A stretch of 64,000 bases of DNA from the NCBI GenBank assembly GCA_050014195.1, contig JBEKDT010000001.1, forward strand, positions 320,001-384,000. Reading direction: 5' to 3'. Source of the stretch: Desulfomonilia bacterium (GTDB lineage Bacteria > Desulfobacterota > Desulfomonilia > UBA1062). The translations under genes were made by a program, and so were the position numbers. Under the pieces are notes generated by a model. It had not been told where the DNA came from, ran no database searches, and worked only from the letters and a program-made list of their open reading frames with translations. Numbering within the stretch: position 1 is the first letter of the stretch; the number at the start of each line of letters is the position of its first letter. Below are positions 59,960-64,000 of this stretch, in pieces.

Positions 59960-62071
59960 ATGGACGCACAGAAAAACTTGTACCGGGAAGAGGCATACGA
60001 ACTCCTTGCAAATCTGGAAGACGCCCTCATCGAGCTGGAGCAGCATCCGGATGACCTTGACATTGTCGGCCGCGTCTTCAGGGCTATGCATACCATCAAG
60101 GGCTCAGGGGCCATGTTCGGCTTCGATGATATTGCCGCATTCACCCACACCATTGAGACGGTCTATGACCTCATCCGGGACGGAAAGCTCTCCGTCACCC
60201 AGGACATCATCAGCCTGACGTTGTCTTCCTGCGACCAGATCAAGGCCATGCTTGATGCCTCCCAAGGCATGGAAACGGTATCTGATGAGAGGACAGTCGA
60301 GCTGACACAGGCTTTCACGGGTTACCTGCCCCAAGAAGAGACAACACCCGATAAAGGAATTCCTTCGCTGGAAAAAACTGGGAACCAGGCTGATGTGCAA
60401 AGACCATTAACCACCTTTCGCATCCGCTTCCAACCGCATAAGGACCTCTTTGCCAACGGGACAAACCCCGTACCGCTCTTAAACGAGCTGAGGGCCTTGG
60501 GTGAAAGTACCGTAGTCTGCCACATGAAGGACCTGCCGGACTTGATGGATATGGACCCCGAGGCCTGCTACGCGAGCTGGGACATCATCCTGACCACCAC
60601 AAGCGACATCAACACCATCAGAGACGTGTTCATCTTCGTGGAGGACTCAAGTGAAATAGCCATTGAGCCGGTAGACACTCTCGCAACCGAGAACCTCGAT
60701 GCAGAATATAAAAAGGTGGGTGAGATCCTGCTGGAGCGGGGTGCCATCCAGAAGGAAGATCTGGACAAGGCCCTTAAGACACAGAAGCGCATCGGCGAGG
60801 TACTCCTTGATAAAGGGGTGGTCGATAAGTCCGAGATCCGCTCCGCCCTGGCAGAGCAGGAGCAGATCAGGGCCATGAGAAAAAAACGTGCAGCAGCCGA
60901 TGAGACTTCCAGCATCCGGGTACCTGCAGCAAGGCTCGATGCCCTGGTGAACCTGGTGGGGGAGCTGGTCACGGTCCAGGCACGGCTGACCCAGTTCTCG
61001 GCAAAGAAGAGCGACCCGGACCTCATGGGCATTGCTGAGGAGGTGGAAAGGCTCAGCGCGGAGCTCAGGGACATCTCCATGGGGATCAGGATGCTGCCCA
61101 TCGGGACGACCTTTGCCAAATTTAAGCGTTTAGTACGCGACTTGTCCAACGAGTTGGGGAAGGACATCAACTTCGTAATGGAAGGGGAGGAGACCGAACT
61201 CGACAAGACGGTCATCGACAAGCTCTCTGACCCGCTGGTCCATCTGATCCGCAACAGCATCGACCACGGCATCGAGCAGCCGGAAAAAAGGATGGCTTCC
61301 GGTAAGCCTGCCCAGGGAGTTATCAAGCTCTCGGCCCAACACTCGGGTGCCCATGTCCTGATCTCCATTGCCGATGACGGAAACGGACTCGATATGGATG
61401 TTATCCGGGCCAAGGCCATCCAGAAGGGCATCATCTCAGCAGAGACGGCCATCACAGAAAAGGAGATCCACGAACTCATCTTTGCACCGGGCTTCTCCAC
61501 GGCCCAGAATGTCACAAGCGTTTCCGGCAGAGGGGTTGGCATGGATGTAGTGAGGAGCAGTATCGAAAGCTTAAGCGGAACCGTGGAGGTCCACAGCTCC
61601 AAAGGCCACGGCACCACCATCACTCTAAAGCTGCCGTTGACGTTGGCCATTATCGACGGGCTCTTGGTGAACATTGCGAGTGAGTCCTTCGTCATCCCGT
61701 TAGGTGCGGTAGTGGAGTGCGTGGAGCTCACAGAAGAAGGGAAGAACCGGGCCCATGGCCGCCACCTCATCAAGGTCCGCGAAGAGATCATCCCTTATAT
61801 ACCGTTGCGGGAGACCTTCGGTATCAACGGGGGCATCCCGGCCATCGAACAGGTGGTCATCACCGAGCTTGGGGATAAGAGAGTGGGCTTTGTGGTGGAC
61901 AGGGTAATAGGCCAGCACCAGACCGTGATCAAGACTATGGGACATATGCTCAAAAACATCGACAATATCTCGGGTGCCACCATCTTGGGTGACGGAACCG
62001 TGTCACTCATCCTGGATGTGTATAAGCTTATCCAGCAGACAGAATATCTGGAACGGGAGGGATTGCAGTAG
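59960..62071 (+). CDS. cheA: CheA histidine kinase
   Basis: FRAMHTIKG, HLIRNSIDHGIE, SGRGVGMDVV, C-terminal CheW-like domain. Confidence 0.96.
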   Translation: MDAQKNLYREEAYELLANLEDALIELEQHPDDLDIVGRVFRAMHTIKGSGAMFGFDDIAAFTHTIETVYDLIRDGKLSVTQDIISLTLSSCDQIKAMLDASQGMETVSDERTVELTQAFTGYLPQEETTPDKGIPSLEKTGNQADVQRPLTTFRIRFQPHKDLFANGTNPVPLLNELRALGESTVVCHMKDLPDLMDMDPEACYASWDIILTTTSDINTIRDVFIFVEDSSEIAIEPVDTLATENLDAEYKKVGEILLERGAIQKEDLDKALKTQKRIGEVLLDKGVVDKSEIRSALAEQEQIRAMRKKRAAADETSSIRVPAARLDALVNLVGELVTVQARLTQFSAKKSDPDLMGIAEEVERLSAELRDISMGIRMLPIGTTFAKFKRLVRDLSNELGKDINFVMEGEETELDKTVIDKLSDPLVHLIRNSIDHGIEQPEKRMASGKPAQGVIKLSAQHSGAHVLISIADDGNGLDMDVIRAKAIQKGIISAETAITEKEIHELIFAPGFSTAQNVTSVSGRGVGMDVVRSSIESLSGTVEVHSSKGHGTTITLKLPLTLAIIDGLLVNIASESFVIPLGAVVECVELTEEGKNRAHGRHLIKVREEIIPYIPLRETFGINGGIPAIEQVVITELGDKRVGFVVDRVIGQHQTVIKTMGHMLKNIDNISGATILGDGTVSLILDVYKLIQQTEYLEREGLQ

Positions 62072-62257
62072 GGGTACGCTTATACCTCTCTGATATAGCG
62101 GCTACATGGGAGCGCACACCGGTAAAAGGGGTGGATCTACTAAGAAAGCAGTCCGGGTCAGTGCATGAATGCGTTTGATATCGCGAACCCCACCCCCTTT
62201 GTCTTTAATGTCTCAAGTGCTTGCGAGATGCGCTCAGGCGGCGAGCCTACAGGCTTA

Positions 62258-62655
62258 CTAAGATCGATTATGAAATCCTTTACGAATAATGGCCTGTGCG
62301 GCGCATATATCAAGGTCGGTATGGAAGCTGGCACCGGGTGTCCCCTGGATACAGTGATCCGGCCAGAGCACAGGTCCTATACCCGGCTCCTGATGAAGAT
62401 CAAATGGTTTCTTCCCGGTATGTGCCAAAGCAAAGGAGTGGTGGCCTGCAGGATGCCAGTCCTGGGTCAGGACTATCGGCAGAGATAAACCGGAGAATAA
62501 CCTCATTACGGCGTTCACTCCCGGCACGATCGTATCACCTTCTGAAACAGGGAGCGCACCACCCGGCATGAAGTCATCCTGCATGTCCACAACGAGGAGG
62601 GCATCTCCTGGTTCAAGTCGATCCGTTTGACAAGCTCGAGATCCCCCAGTTCCAT
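62258..62655 (-). pseudogene. pncA: Nicotinamidase (isochorismatase family), frameshifted and truncated
   Basis: ALLVVDMQDDFMPGGAL, TQDWHP, LWPDHCIQGT, IIRKG then stop; the RBS-linked ATG 62655 is out of frame; catalytic Cys region absent. Confidence 0.8.
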
Positions 62656-62914
62656 GAAAATCACCTCCGTGCCGGTAATCAGGTACTTTGATTTATACTA
62701 ACTATGGCCTAAGGACCATAAGATTATGGTTTTCAGACCAATGCCACCTTATGGTTTGATTGTCACACGAGCCCATTAGATTTTCTTACATGTTGTTTTT
62801 CTATGGTATTTATTTTTACAGATATCTGGTTACCCTCACCGGCCCTCTGGCATGGAAATGGCAATGTATAGCATGACAGTCAAGAGACCCGTCGAGGTAT
62901 GAAAGGAGCATTCT

Positions 62915-63142
62915 ATGCAACCGGCTCTCAAACTTGATGTTTGCGCATGCGGCATCCATACCGAAATATCCTGTACCGGATGCGGGACCCCTGTGTGCAG
63001 GCACTGCAGCCACCAGGAGATCACTACCAACGACCCCAAAAACATCATTGTCACTTACTTTTGCCCGGAATGTAAGACAGATCCCAAAAAGAACCCCTGG
63101 GGCATCTTGTACTGGGACGGCTTGAAGGCACTGTACACGTAA
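62915..63142 (+). CDS. Small Cys-rich (zinc-finger-like) protein
   Basis: CAC, CTGCGTPVCRHC, FCPEC; AAGGAG RBS. Confidence 0.65.
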   Translation: MQPALKLDVCACGIHTEISCTGCGTPVCRHCSHQEITTNDPKNIIVTYFCPECKTDPKKNPWGILYWDGLKALYT

Positions 63143-63662
63143 TTTCAGCAGATACGGGGACATAGGCTTCCCATCTGACCGCGGGGAACAGCATGAGGCG
63201 CCACCCATCATGACAAGCTGCTTACGATCGCACACCGAAAAGATTTTCATCATGAGGCGTCAATCAATCACGAGGGGCTGATGGCAACAACCACATACTT
63301 TTAGCACCCAATGAAGATTTGCCATCAGCTCACCTCGCGGCTTTAAAAACATTTACCAGGAATCTAAGGGTAAAGAGTATCTCGTTTAATGTTGAAAAAA
63401 ATCATCTTAATGCCGCCGAACTCCCTTTTATTACATTGATATTGTTCATATAATAAATTTTTATGGCCTCTTGTCAAAGTAAGATATTATCCATCTCTTT
63501 TCATTTCATTTGATGGCAAGCTAGGCAGACTCCTCCGGTGTTAGTGCCTAGCACCTACTTTTTTTGAGGTTTGATCTATACATGTAGGATTTTTTGTGTA
63601 AAATAATGTTTATGAAGGGGTTCTACGGTTTCAAAACACGGTAAAACGGAAGCGAGGTTTTT

Positions 63663-64000
63663 GTGAAGACATTCAAAGAGCTGCGGAAATTAAAGGGATT
63701 AACAATGGGTAGATTGGCTGAGCTCAGCGGTGTATCGGCAAAGACCGTCTCCGTTTATGAGCAGGAGCCGCCCGCACGACCCAGCAGAAAGGTTTTAGGG
63801 AAGCTATCTAACGCCCTCAAAATCAGCCCGGAAGAACTCGTGGCATACATCTACCCACCCAAAAAGCGTACCGGGGAACGAGGAGGCGAGAGCACCGAGG
63901 GCGGCATCATGCTGGAAGAGATCCATGTGAACAGGCTCTTAAGGCTCATAGACAAAGAACTCGAAGAGCTCCGTTATGTCCTCCTGGAGGGGGTAGCGCT
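63663..64000 (+). CDS. XRE-family HTH regulator, runs off window end
   Basis: Not in ORF track. Manual translation MKTFKELRKLKGLTMGRLAELSGVSAKTVSVYEQEPPARPSRKVLGKLSNALKISPEEL. Confidence 0.8.
   Translation, partial: MKTFKELRKLKGLTMGRLAELSGVSAKTVSVYEQEPPARPSRKVLGKLSNALKISPEELVAYIYPPKKRTGERGGESTEGGIMLEEIHVNRLLRLIDKELEELRYVLLEGVA

Noticed and set aside
63520-63565. GCTAGGCA...TGCCTAGC hairpin with T-run as a riboswitch
   Set aside because: No aptamer recognised; may be a simple terminator.

Overview
A 64-kb bacterial chromosome segment. The sigma54-rich regulation, NikR-ECF cluster and HU/FYDLN pair suggest an anaerobic deltaproteobacterium/Desulfobacterota (inference). (1) 1-9004 is the right end of an integrative mobilizable element at tRNA-Cys. 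It carries a MOBQ TraA relaxase-helicase, a Ti/RSF1010-type oriT, mobC, leading-region genes (hypothetical, DUF4942-like, ardC), a DUF4365-TPR cargo gene, xis/int and an att copy of the tRNA-Cys 3' half. Four copies of a ~160-190 bp two-hairpin repeat precede its genes; the two arms of the first hairpin each carry one half of a sigma54 -24/-12 motif, so a complete promoter would form only in ssDNA (top finding, hypothesis). (2) 9-21 kb holds a FYDLN protein, HU plus a truncated HU copy, an aldo-keto reductase, a sigma54 operon of APC permease-PII fusion + PII + GAF/NifA-like activator, a second tRNA-Gln and an AT-rich patch of gene remnants. (3) 21-43 kb holds a PAS-LuxR regulator, a large M28 peptidase, an atypical MCP, nikR with an ECF Ni/Co transporter, a PAS kinase, an omptin, a degenerate class I adenylate cyclase + REC-TPR, a eukaryote-type PFK-2/FBPase-2, tRNA-Gln/tRNA-Glu, island remnants and GlnRS with a C-terminal Trbp111-like domain. 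(4) 43-62 kb holds a hybrid kinase, a sigma54 activator and a chemosensory cluster. (5) The window ends with a pncA pseudogene, a small Cys-rich protein and a partial XRE regulator. All family calls come from motif recognition by eye; no searches were run.
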